A stretch of DNA of 64,000 bases. It comes from Bryobacteraceae bacterium (GTDB lineage Bacteria; Acidobacteriota; Terriglobia; Bryobacterales; Bryobacteraceae). The position numbers and the translations under genes are program-made. Below are positions 40,370-48,953 of this stretch, in pieces. Under the pieces are notes generated by a model. That model searched no databases, was not told where the DNA came from, and saw only the letters and a program-made list of their open reading frames with translations. Within the stretch, counting starts at the first letter, position 1; the number at the start of each line of letters is the position of its first letter. The stretch covers positions 9,528 through 73,527 of the forward strand of contig DASQLD010000221.1 of NCBI GenBank assembly GCA_035630195.1. The letters are read 5' to 3'.

Positions 40370-41373
40370 CGTGCCTCCATAGGTACTACAGCTGTGGTTC
40401 TAAGCGCCTCTCGCCATCGGATCAGCCCACCAAGCCCTTGTTCAAGTGTCACGTCGGCACGAAAACCTAGCATCGTTTCCGCTTTATCTAGGGCCGCCCG
40501 CCGTTTCTGGACATGACCAACCTTCCGCGCCTCTCGGTATTCTGGCACCAGTGGAGACTCTGTAAGATCCAGAACCATACAGCAGAGCTCGTTTAGGCTT
40601 GTCTGAACTCCAGTTCCCACATTAAACACATCATCGTTGACATCACTACATGCGGCAATGAGATTTGCCCGCGCAACATCCTCGACATAAACAAAGTCCA
40701 TTGCTTGTTGGCCATCACCGAATATCAATGGTGACGTCCCGTTATCAATTGCGTCTAACCATCTGATCAACACTTCTGTATATGCCCCAGTGGTGTCCAT
40801 CCGAGGACCATACACGTTAAATGGACGTAGCGCAACGTACTTGAGACCGTGAGTATCGTGCATGGCACGGAGCATTTGCTCCGTTGCAATCTTCCCAGCT
40901 CCATACATGGTGCGATTATTAAACGGGTGCGCCTCATCGATCGGCAGGTAGGACGGTTCTCCGTACACAGAAGCTGACGATGCTGCGATGACTTTGTTGA
41001 CGTTGTGATTCGCGGCGGCTTCGAGCACATTCAGAGTACCGTTAATGAGTACCGCGACTGCCTCGCGCGGGGCTTCCGCACAACGGGTAATACGCAAAGC
41101 AGCCTGATGAAAAACATAGTCGACATCAACAGTTAGGCGCTCTACGAGACCTGCATCGCAGATGTCTCCTTCTGTGACTGTGACTCCGGCATGCCTCATT
41201 GCCAGGGACAGATTGTTCCAGCTTCCACGGACAAAGTTATCCAGGACGCGCACTTCCGAGGCTCCAGCTTTCAGGAGCTGATCCACAATGGTGCTCCCGA
41301 TAAATCCGGCCCCCCCGGTTACAAGGCAGCATGTGCCTTTGAGACGGTTCATTGTAATTCCAGGTTGTTTCAT
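40366..41373 (-). CDS. Extended-SDR NAD-dependent sugar epimerase/dehydratase
   Basis: CLVTGGAGFIGSTIVDQLL, LDNFVRGSWNNL, ASSASVYG, YGAGK (YxxxK). Confidence 0.85.
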   Translation of the reverse strand: MKQPGITMNRLKGTCCLVTGGAGFIGSTIVDQLLKAGASEVRVLDNFVRGSWNNLSLAMRHAGVTVTEGDICDAGLVERLTVDVDYVFHQAALRITRCAEAPREAVAVLINGTLNVLEAAANHNVNKVIAASSASVYGEPSYLPIDEAHPFNNRTMYGAGKIATEQMLRAMHDTHGLKYVALRPFNVYGPRMDTTGAYTEVLIRWLDAIDNGTSPLIFGDGQQAMDFVYVEDVARANLIAACSDVNDDVFNVGTGVQTSLNELCCMVLDLTESPLVPEYREARKVGHVQKRRAALDKAETMLGFRADVTLEQGLGGLIRWREALRTTAVVPMEAR

Positions 41374-41376
41374 CTG

Positions 41377-42393
41377 TTAGCACGTTTTGCGGACGAGATT
41401 CGTAGGACGTGGTTCAACATTCATACCCGAGGCTGCTAGATGGCCAAGTTTATCTGAAAGGTCTTCGAGACGCCGAAGCAACTCGATCTTGGTGAGTCCG
41501 AGCGTTTCTTTTAAGGAACGAACTAATTGACGTGCTGGCATCGTCGTTCCCGAAACATCGCGGATTTCAAAAATGCGCAGAACACCATCGCCGGTAAGCA
41601 CATCCACCGCGCCATCTCGATGAATGCCACAAACACGCCCCGGTATTCTGCCTATATAGTGAGATGCGTTTTCTACGATAGCAGCCCGGACTATTACAAG
41701 TTTTTGTAACCGAAGATAGGTGTACGCCCCGGGATAGGGATCACTTAGTGCTCGGATTAGGGCATAAATGTCAGTCGTCGACGCCGTCCAGTCAATATCT
41801 CCGTCATCCGGCACCCTGGTACAACAATAGGTAGCCGAACCGACTTGCGGAGCGCCGTTTCCGCCATTGAGAAAGCGTCGTACAGTTTTTCCGAGATGCT
41901 GCCGCTGAACTTCATTGAGGTCGCGATACAATTCACCAATTGTGCTGTGTGGTCCGATTGGAATAGATTGCTGCAGCAGGATGTTACCGGAGTCCAGTGT
42001 TGCGTCAACACAGTGGATCGTAACCCACGCTTCAGTTTCCCCATTGATGATCGCCCAGTTTACATTGGCGCGACCCCGGTAACGGGGTAAGGGACCATAG
42101 TGAACATTAATAAATGAAGACAATTGAAGAAGATGTGGAGGAATTAACCGATCGTATGAGGAAATCAATACACATGCAGGATCGACTTCATGCACAACGT
42201 GCTCAATCTTGGCAAGCGAAACATCGGTAATTACCGGGATTCCGCGTTGCTTTGCGAGTAGCAAAACAGGGTCATCAATGCCGATTGGCGTGCGGAAAAC
42301 TGCGGATATACTGAATTGCTCGGCAAGGGACTCGAGAGCTGTAACCGTGGTTGCACCCTGCCCGATCAAGAGAATGTTGTCTGTGTCTCTCAT
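41377..42393 (-). CDS. Formyltransferase (Fmt/ArnA-N-like two-domain sugar N-formyltransferase candidate)
   Basis: SSFINVHYGPLPRYRGRANVNWAIINGETEAWVTIHCVDATLDSGNILLQ matches the N.H.S.LP.YRG..P..WAI..GE...G.T.H.....D.G.I consensus. Confidence 0.8.
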   Translation of the reverse strand: MRDTDNILLIGQGATTVTALESLAEQFSISAVFRTPIGIDDPVLLLAKQRGIPVITDVSLAKIEHVVHEVDPACVLISSYDRLIPPHLLQLSSFINVHYGPLPRYRGRANVNWAIINGETEAWVTIHCVDATLDSGNILLQQSIPIGPHSTIGELYRDLNEVQRQHLGKTVRRFLNGGNGAPQVGSATYCCTRVPDDGDIDWTASTTDIYALIRALSDPYPGAYTYLRLQKLVIVRAAIVENASHYIGRIPGRVCGIHRDGAVDVLTGDGVLRIFEIRDVSGTTMPARQLVRSLKETLGLTKIELLRRLEDLSDKLGHLAASGMNVEPRPTNLVRKTC

Positions 42394-42398
42394 CGCCG

Positions 42399-43421
42399 TT
42401 AGATCTGGTGCACAAAGACAGGAACTCCATCCTGACGGTCGACCTTACCTTTCAAAAGGTCTTCGGCTGCCTTGAGACCGCCGGTCTGAAGACGCACTAT
42501 AGCTTCCGGCCCGATGGCGGAAGGCAAGATTCCCATGTGACCGCGAGGAGGTTCTATCTCCGGCCAGACCGCAAGTTTCAGGCATTCCAATGCTCGACGG
42601 TCTATATCTCCAAAGAACTGTGCAATGACAGCCCCGGGCGAAGAACGCTCAATGCGCTCCATTTCTTGTTGTGAAAGCACATAGCCTTCCTGTGGGGTGG
42701 ACGCAACTAGGACGGCATCGAAACAACCAACTTCTGCCGGAACTTTTGGATACGTCTGCACGCGGGCCCCCGCTGCAACGAGAGTTCGTTCGATGTACGG
42801 CTCAAACTCGTTGTCGCAGATCAGCAGCAGGGCCGCCTGATAAACGGCAATGCCAGCATCTAGCAGCAGCTTCATTGCCATACATCCGAGGTACGAAAAT
42901 ACATCAACTGCTGGATGGCGTTCGTTGGTGGCACCCACACGAATACCACGAGCGCGGCACGCCGAAAGATCCACATCCGATTCGCGAAACTCCCAACTCT
43001 CATACATTAACGGGATCACGGCGGAGGGTTTTAGGTGAGCTATCTTACTAGTATCGATTGGTCGTACATGGCCACTGTTAGTGATAATGTCGACCTCCTG
43101 AAGAATGTTTGCTCCGACTGCTTGTATCACTTCGATACGATCGGCCAGTTTCCTCGTACTCGCCACCGCATACGTCAATAAGGTTGCATCACGGGCGGAA
43201 CCATAGCGCGAATTACCCGTGATTGCGTAAACTCTCTTAGCACCTGCCAATGCCGCAAGAATCGGCGTCACGACATAAGCGCCTGTCGCTGCTTCGGTTA
43301 GTACTGTAAGCCCGTCAAGTTTGAGTTCACAGCGAGCAACAGCATCCTCCATGAGACGAATCAGCCGATCGGGATGCAGACCGGGTTGAATTTTGGCGGC
43401 TAGTGCAGTGGCTTCTGCCAT
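42399..43421 (-). CDS. Hypothetical 340-aa protein embedded in the amino-sugar tailoring sub-cluster; family not recognised
   Basis: Clean ORF, tightly packed (5-nt gap downstream, 1-nt overlap upstream). Alternating beta-alpha character (LTVLTEAATGAYVVTPILAALAGAKRVYAITG) but no GxGxxG motif that I can see. Confidence 0.4.
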   Translation of the reverse strand: MAEATALAAKIQPGLHPDRLIRLMEDAVARCELKLDGLTVLTEAATGAYVVTPILAALAGAKRVYAITGNSRYGSARDATLLTYAVASTRKLADRIEVIQAVGANILQEVDIITNSGHVRPIDTSKIAHLKPSAVIPLMYESWEFRESDVDLSACRARGIRVGATNERHPAVDVFSYLGCMAMKLLLDAGIAVYQAALLLICDNEFEPYIERTLVAAGARVQTYPKVPAEVGCFDAVLVASTPQEGYVLSQQEMERIERSSPGAVIAQFFGDIDRRALECLKLAVWPEIEPPRGHMGILPSAIGPEAIVRLQTGGLKAAEDLLKGKVDRQDGVPVFVHQI

Positions 43422-43933
43422 CAGGAACCGCCCTGAGCCTCGAATGATAACAATCTCAAAACTCTGCCAGGGTTACCTGCTACGACTGTGTTTGGTGGAA
43501 CGTCTTTCGTCACGACGGCACCTGCCCCGACGATTGCGTTTTCCCCGATAACCACGTTGGATAGAATCGTCGCTCCCGAACCGATCGAAGCGCCGCTTTT
43601 AACCAAAGTCGATTCAACCTTCCAGTCCTTTTCGGTTTGAAGGTCACCGCTGGGATTCGTCGCCCGCGGATACATATCATTAATAAACATCACACCGTGC
43701 CCGATGAACACATTGTCTTCGATCGTTACTCCTTCACAGATGAATGTGTGACTTGAGATCTTGCAGTTCTTGCCAACTGTAGCGTTCTTTTGGATCTCAA
43801 CAAATGTGCCGATCTTGGTATGTTCGCCGATCTCACATCCATATAAGTTGATGAACTTGGCCAGCTTTACATTCATCCCGAGTTTTACATCTGGAGCAAT
43901 ACATAGGTACGTATCCAATCGTGAGTCCCCCAT
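43421..43933 (-). CDS. Left-handed beta-helix (hexapeptide-repeat) sugar N-acetyltransferase (FdtC/QdtC/WxcM-C-like)
   Basis: VGKNCKISSHTFICEGVTIEDNVFIGHGVMFINDMYPRA, IGSGATILSNVVIGENAIVGAGAVV. Confidence 0.8.
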   Translation of the reverse strand: MGDSRLDTYLCIAPDVKLGMNVKLAKFINLYGCEIGEHTKIGTFVEIQKNATVGKNCKISSHTFICEGVTIEDNVFIGHGVMFINDMYPRATNPSGDLQTEKDWKVESTLVKSGASIGSGATILSNVVIGENAIVGAGAVVTKDVPPNTVVAGNPGRVLRLLSFEAQGGS

Positions 43934-43937
43934 ATAC

Positions 43938-45200
43938 TTAGTAAGCGCCTTCCCCAGAAAGAATTGCCGCGGGGGTTTGCAGAATAATTTTCAAATCAAG
44001 CCATACCGACCAAGTGGCCGCATACTTCAGATCCAGACGGACCATGTCATCAAACTTCACACGACTGCGACCACCGACCTGCCAGAGCCCTGTAATACCT
44101 GGTTTCACTGTCATAAGGCGCCGCTTGTGCCACGTCTGGTAACAGGCAACTTCATACGGCACCGGAGGACGCGGTCCAACGAGAGACATCTCTCCATGAA
44201 GTACGTTTAAGAACTGTGGAAATTCGTCGAGACTGGACCGTCGCAATACTCTACCAATTGGAGTTACTCGCGGATCATTCTTTAACTTAAATACGTTTCG
44301 TTGACCTGCCGGGTTATCAGTGTCCTGCTTCCCGGAAATAAATTGGGTTACGTAGTCCTTATGAATCGTTTCATCGTTGGCCATGTACATCGATCTGAAC
44401 TTAAGGAAAGTAAACTTTGTTCCATACTGGCCAATTCTTTGCTGCCGAAATAATATTGGCCCCCTTGACGAAAGCTTGATTGCTACAGCAATCGCGAGCA
44501 ATAACGGTGAGAGAATAATCAACGCAAACAAGCTTCCAAGTATATCGATCACGCGCTTTACGGCACGCCCTCCTTGTCTTAGATCCTGGTCCGAAATGTT
44601 ATCCGGATATAGCGTTAGATCAAGTGGGCCATCGTCCTCGGAAGGGAGAGTGTCTTCTGGATAAACATAGAAGGACAATCGAACATCATTGATCTCATCG
44701 ATCGTTAGCGATTCCCACAGCGCGCCTGTGACTTTGTCCAGAAGCACTCGGGTAATGGATTTTGTTTCGCCGTTTCCGATTTCTGTGAAGATGACACCAA
44801 AAACGAGATTACTCTTATACCAACCTTTGCTGTCGGTTTCTCGAATCAATCCCGAGAGTCTATCGATAAATACTTGCAATTCTGGGTCAGCACGTTTATC
44901 CTTTAGCATCATTCGGACATCTAACAGCATAAGAATAAAGCGCCGACCTGAACGCTCACTCCTTTTCCGCTCTAGACGCAGGAGCCTTATAAACGTCTTT
45001 TCATCAAGGAGTTCTGGCTGGCTTAACTCTTGTGAGACATGAACATGAGGAATCGTCGATTTAGAGTTTCTTGCGCCGTTAGTGTTCGAAATAGATTCAC
45101 TTTTGGTGCGTTTAGGAGCTGTACCGTATTGTGACAAGGACATGTGAGCGTCTCTCGAGTACTCAGGAAACAAAAATGAAGATAGTGAGAACTGCTTCAA
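43938..45200 (-). CDS. Priming polyprenyl-phosphate glycosyl-phosphate transferase (bacterial sugar transferase family) with an N-terminal degenerate GGDEF-like domain
   Basis: C-terminal [59 protein letters not shown]. Single [24 protein letters not shown]. The N-terminal ~120 aa align to the GGDEF fold (see finding). TTG start at 45200; an alternative ATG is at 45143. Confidence 0.85.
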   Translation of the reverse strand: MKQFSLSSFLFPEYSRDAHMSLSQYGTAPKRTKSESISNTNGARNSKSTIPHVHVSQELSQPELLDEKTFIRLLRLERKRSERSGRRFILMLLDVRMMLKDKRADPELQVFIDRLSGLIRETDSKGWYKSNLVFGVIFTEIGNGETKSITRVLLDKVTGALWESLTIDEINDVRLSFYVYPEDTLPSEDDGPLDLTLYPDNISDQDLRQGGRAVKRVIDILGSLFALIILSPLLLAIAVAIKLSSRGPILFRQQRIGQYGTKFTFLKFRSMYMANDETIHKDYVTQFISGKQDTDNPAGQRNVFKLKNDPRVTPIGRVLRRSSLDEFPQFLNVLHGEMSLVGPRPPVPYEVACYQTWHKRRLMTVKPGITGLWQVGGRSRVKFDDMVRLDLKYAATWSVWLDLKIILQTPAAILSGEGAY

Positions 45201-45244
45201 ATAAGTGAAGCTTTCAGAGAAACAGATGACCCGGGTGTTTCGAG

Positions 45245-46390
45245 CTACGATGCCGCCATTAAAGACGTCCGGTCATTTACCGCATGCCGAGAGTTGTTAA
45301 ATTCGGTGACCGCCTGACCGACAGCTTGAATGTGCGCATCCGTCATCTCCGGAAACATCGGCAATGACAATTCTTCTGATGCAATCCGTTCGCTGATAGG
45401 AAAATCTCCTGCTTGATAGCCCAGATCCGCATGTGCAGGAAGCAGATGGATTGGATATGGGTAGTGAATACCGGTTTGGACACCTTGCGAGTTCAAGGAG
45501 CCAGCTATTTCACTCCGTTTATCGGTCAGCACAGCATACACGTGATAGACGTGCTTACTACCTGATGTTTCCGTAGGAAGAGTTAATCCGGAGTACGCCA
45601 GTACTTTTCGATAGGCGGCGGCATGCGCACGTCGCGCCTCGGTCCATTGTTGGAGATACCGAAGTTTTACTCTGAGGATCGCTCCCTGTATTCCTTCCAT
45701 CCGATAATTGAATCCCTTCAAAACGTGCTCATACTTCTTCTCGGCGCCCCAGTCCCGCAACATTCGAATCTTCTTCGCAAAATCGGGATTGTTAGTTGTT
45801 ACCAACCCACCTTCCCCGTATGCGCCCAAATTCTTGCCTGGATAGAAGCTGAAGCAACCCATGTCTCCGATTGAACCGCATCGGCGCCCATGATATTCGG
45901 CTGCGTGTGCTTGCGCGGAATCCTCGACGACCACTAGATTGTGACGCCGCGCGATCTCAAGGATCAGATCCATGTCCGCTGGATTACCATAGAGATGAAC
46001 TGGTAGGATGACTTTTGTTTTGGTGGTTATCGCTGCTTCGACCTTTGTGGCATCCATCGTGTAAGTTACAGGATCTACATCGACGAAGACCGGTGTGGCT
46101 CCTGTATAAACGATAGCGGCCACAGTCGCGACAAAAGTACAAGGAACAGTAACGACCTCATCCCCTGGCCCTACACCCGCCGCTAGTAAAGCCAGATGTA
46201 GAGCACTTGTTCCAGTGTTTACTGCTACACCATGCTGGACCCCACAAAAGTCTGAAAAGTCTTCCTCGAACGCAACTACTTCTTTACCCAATACAAATTG
46301 TGACGACTCTAGCACCTCTTGAATTGCCGGAAGGATCTCATGTTTTATAGCCGCGTACTGCTGTTTCAAATCCATCAGAGGAACATTCAT
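45245..46390 (-). CDS. DegT/DnrJ/EryC1/StrS-family PLP sugar aminotransferase (WbpE/GnnB-like), paralog of 32165-33307
   Basis: VPLMDLKQQYAAIKHEILPAI, NTGTSALHLAL, FYPGKNLGAYGEGG. Confidence 0.85.
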   Translation of the reverse strand: MNVPLMDLKQQYAAIKHEILPAIQEVLESSQFVLGKEVVAFEEDFSDFCGVQHGVAVNTGTSALHLALLAAGVGPGDEVVTVPCTFVATVAAIVYTGATPVFVDVDPVTYTMDATKVEAAITTKTKVILPVHLYGNPADMDLILEIARRHNLVVVEDSAQAHAAEYHGRRCGSIGDMGCFSFYPGKNLGAYGEGGLVTTNNPDFAKKIRMLRDWGAEKKYEHVLKGFNYRMEGIQGAILRVKLRYLQQWTEARRAHAAAYRKVLAYSGLTLPTETSGSKHVYHVYAVLTDKRSEIAGSLNSQGVQTGIHYPYPIHLLPAHADLGYQAGDFPISERIASEELSLPMFPEMTDAHIQAVGQAVTEFNNSRHAVNDRTSLMAAS

Positions 46391-46401
46391 AGGTTTATCC
46401 G

Positions 46402-47442
46402 TTAGGCGACAGTCGCTCTGACGGCGGGAAGAGAACCGAATCGAACTGATTTACCACGTTGTCTGATTGATCGCGTCGCAGCCTCAAGAATCGTTACGAC
46501 TCGAAGTCCTGCTTGTCCATCAGTGATCGGTATGTCTCCGGTCTTTATACAATCAGCGAAATGCTTCACCTCTATACTTAACGCCTCAGTTACATCAATG
46601 CGCGGCGTATAAATATCACCAGACCGATAACTTACTAACAGGTTGTGCAGTGATTCAGAACTGTTCTTTACAACAACACCTTTGTCATACACCTTGATTT
46701 TTTCGCTAGCCTCAATATCGTCATAGACGATCATGCTCTTCGTCCCGCCGAGTAACGCTCGCCGAATCTTTACCGGCGAAAGCCAGTTAACGTTAAGATG
46801 AGCAATAATTGAGCCGCTATAGAACAAGCTAACGAACGCAGCATCTTCTGCAGCGCCACTTACGTGAGCAATACCTGTCGCTGAAACCTCGACTGGCTCC
46901 TCAGGAAGGATGTAGTCCATGATAGAAAGATCATGCACAGCAAGATCCCAAATTACGTTAACGTCATGCTGAAATAGACCTAGGTTGACTCGTATTGAAT
47001 CGTAGTAGTAGATATCTCCCAAGGAGCCCGAACTAATCAGCTCGCGCATCTTCCGAACCGCGCCCGTATACACGAATGTGTGATCAACCATGAGAACCAG
47101 ATTTCTGCGAGCAGCCTCGTCAATAAGGCGACGAGCTTGATCGGAGTCAGCGGTCATTGGCTTCTCAACCAACACATGCTTCCCTGCCTGCAACGCTTCC
47201 ATCGCTAGGGGGAAATGGGTCGATACGGGCGTAGATATAGCAACGGCATCGATTTTCGGATTCTTCAGTAAATCACGATGATCGTGAACCGTCTCGACCC
47301 CAGGATAGCGACGCGCGACCAACTGCAGACGGTCACTTTTCATATCTGCAATCGCGAGAACTTGAGTGTCCGGTGATTCAACGAAATTCCGGACCAGGTT
47401 CGGCCCCCAATAGCCGTAACCAATGACGCCAACGTTAACCAT
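46402..47442 (-). CDS. Gfo/Idh/MocA-family sugar oxidoreductase (WbpB/GnnA-like)
   Basis: VNVGVIGYGYWGPNLVRNF, KHVLVEKPM. Paralog of the N-terminal half of 33282-34988. Confidence 0.85.
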   Translation of the reverse strand: MVNVGVIGYGYWGPNLVRNFVESPDTQVLAIADMKSDRLQLVARRYPGVETVHDHRDLLKNPKIDAVAISTPVSTHFPLAMEALQAGKHVLVEKPMTADSDQARRLIDEAARRNLVLMVDHTFVYTGAVRKMRELISSGSLGDIYYYDSIRVNLGLFQHDVNVIWDLAVHDLSIMDYILPEEPVEVSATGIAHVSGAAEDAAFVSLFYSGSIIAHLNVNWLSPVKIRRALLGGTKSMIVYDDIEASEKIKVYDKGVVVKNSSESLHNLLVSYRSGDIYTPRIDVTEALSIEVKHFADCIKTGDIPITDGQAGLRVVTILEAATRSIRQRGKSVRFGSLPAVRATVA

Positions 47443-47522
47443 AAACGTGAGTATCCCTTTCCTTATGTAATGTTCAGAAAATCAGGAATGCCGTCACTAA
47501 ACCACTAAAAACTGATCTCACC

Positions 47523-48075
47523 TGTCAGCGCCGGTGCAATAAGCCTCAGTCCGGCGGATGAAGGCCCCACTCTGCTAACTGCGTTAGAACGGCACCGGGA
47601 ACTGCCGCGACTGTTAGGGGGTTCAAAGGTGAATCAAATCGAAGAGTTAAGACGACAAGGTCTAGCGGTCTGCGGTATCGCAGCCGTAACTGATCGGAAG
47701 ATTGTGCGGAAATACCTGGCCAATCCGGACTAGCAGCCACAGTACAAACCGCGGCCCGAGCGCTCGAGTCAGCTGGATTTATTCAAGTGATACATCGAGG
47801 AACGGCTGGTCGTGGGCTTTGGATCAAACACTTGGCACTTTGTTGCGAATGCACGAGGAAGCATTTCGTCAAATGAACGGTGTGCCAGAAGAGATACTCA
47901 TGACCGGCTGGATTGACATCGATGCTCGCCGCGAGATCGTCTTGCACCCAGTGTTTCTGGACTTTGCGCGTTACTGGGGCTTCACGCCACGTCTATGCTC
48001 GGCATATCGAGCTCAGGCGAGAGGATTTGAACGGACGCTGAAGGCTTGGGTAACAACTGTCGCCAACTCTCCGGT
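47523..48075 (+). mobile_element. IS21-family remnant: left end plus an internally deleted, truncated IstA transposase
   Basis: TGTCAGCGCC terminus-like sequence at 47523. From GTG 47629 it reads NQIEELRRQGLAVCGIAAVTDRKIVRKYLANPD, then a stop, then YKPRPERSSQLDLFK.YIEERL. It then jumps to a C-terminal-core-like segment VLHPVFLDFARYWGFTPRLCSAYRAQARGFER (track ORF 47702-48097). The remnant ends against the 3' end of the antiterminator gene. Confidence 0.7.
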
Positions 48076-48080
48076 ACAGC

Positions 48081-48683
48081 TCACGTTCTCTGCCTAAAAA
48101 CGTAAGCAGAAGCACTATTACCACCCACAGGGTTCAGGGTAGCTTTATCCAAACCGCTTCGCGAGGCGCTTGCGATCGGCTCAACACATAAACGGTCAAG
48201 TTCTACAGCCACCGAACGGTTGATCAACTCTATCGAAAGAACAAGGCGACAACGTCCTTGATACCGCAGAAATAGACCTTCTATACCTGCTAGCGGTCCC
48301 TTTGTGACTCGAACCGTTTCTCCCTCCGTCAAACAATCATAGGGCTCGACTGGAAGTCCGTGACTCAGAGCAATGCGGATCGCCTCAAGATGCTCTTCTG
48401 GAATGGGCACTGGAATCTTCCCATTGCCGACGATCGAGCGTACGTTGGGGGTTACAAGAACCGGTAAGCGGTAGCGTACATCAAACTGTGCGAACACATA
48501 TCCGCAAAAGAGCGGAACTTGCGTGGTTTTGACGCGATCCGACCACGCGGTTCGTTTGGAGTACATCGGCAGAAAGCATCGGTATCCTTTTTCGGCTAAT
48601 ACAGCCTCAACACCCTTCTCTTTTCGAGAGGCAACATGAACCGCGTACCAAGCGGGATGATCAATCTTAGCGTCCATGAACAT
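48081..48683 (-). CDS. NusG-paralog operon-specific transcription antiterminator (RfaH/UpxY/LoaP-like)
   Basis: NGN domain WYAVHVASRKEKGVEAVLAEKGYRCFLPMY...VPLFCGYVFAQFD. KOW GETVRVTKGPLAGIEGLFL. First gene of the ~45-kb co-directional array. Confidence 0.8.
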   Translation of the reverse strand: MFMDAKIDHPAWYAVHVASRKEKGVEAVLAEKGYRCFLPMYSKRTAWSDRVKTTQVPLFCGYVFAQFDVRYRLPVLVTPNVRSIVGNGKIPVPIPEEHLEAIRIALSHGLPVEPYDCLTEGETVRVTKGPLAGIEGLFLRYQGRCRLVLSIELINRSVAVELDRLCVEPIASASRSGLDKATLNPVGGNSASAYVFRQRT

Positions 48684-48798
48684 GCTATCGGTTCTGCTCT
48701 GACAAGGCGCTATAAGGGTAAGCCTATATAGCCTAAAACTGCGCGGAGCTACCGCAGTACATATCCCAAAGGCTCCTTTAAAATTGTTGCGGACCTTT

Positions 48799-48836
48799 GG
48801 ATCTTAAGGTCTTCCCCCTATAGTGTCAAGATTCAA
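48799..48836 (-). repeat. Direct repeat R1 in the leader/promoter region of the antiterminator gene
   Basis: ggatcttaaggtcttccccctatagtgtcaagattcaa. Aligns with R2 at 29 of 36 positions with one 2-nt gap. Confidence 0.7.
48801..48829 (-). promoter_or_regulatory. Candidate sigma70-type promoter inside R1, reading toward the antiterminator gene
   Basis: The minus strand reads TTGACA (48824-48829), a 17-nt spacer, then TAAGAT (48801-48806). This lies ~110 nt upstream of ATG 48683. R2 carries a weaker version: TTGGCA, 15-nt spacer, CAAGAT. Confidence 0.35.
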
Positions 48837-48917
48837 GTGCGTCGATGATGAAAATCGGTACTGCACCTTGTCGAGTTCTAGTCCTTATGGGGCTCGGCGG
48901 CTAGTTCGCCAGACCAG

Positions 48918-48953
48918 GGATCTTGAGGTTTCTCCGATAGTGCCAAGAGTCAA
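48918..48953 (-). repeat. Direct repeat R2, about 119 bp from R1
   Basis: ggatcttgaggtttctccgatagtgccaagagtcaa. Confidence 0.7.

Noticed and set aside
48918-48953. TGGCAC on the minus strand of repeat R2 as a sigma-54 -24 element
   Set aside because: The required GC/TTGC -12 element at 4-5 nt spacing is absent (TGGCAC-TATCG-GAGA). R1 has TGACAC instead.
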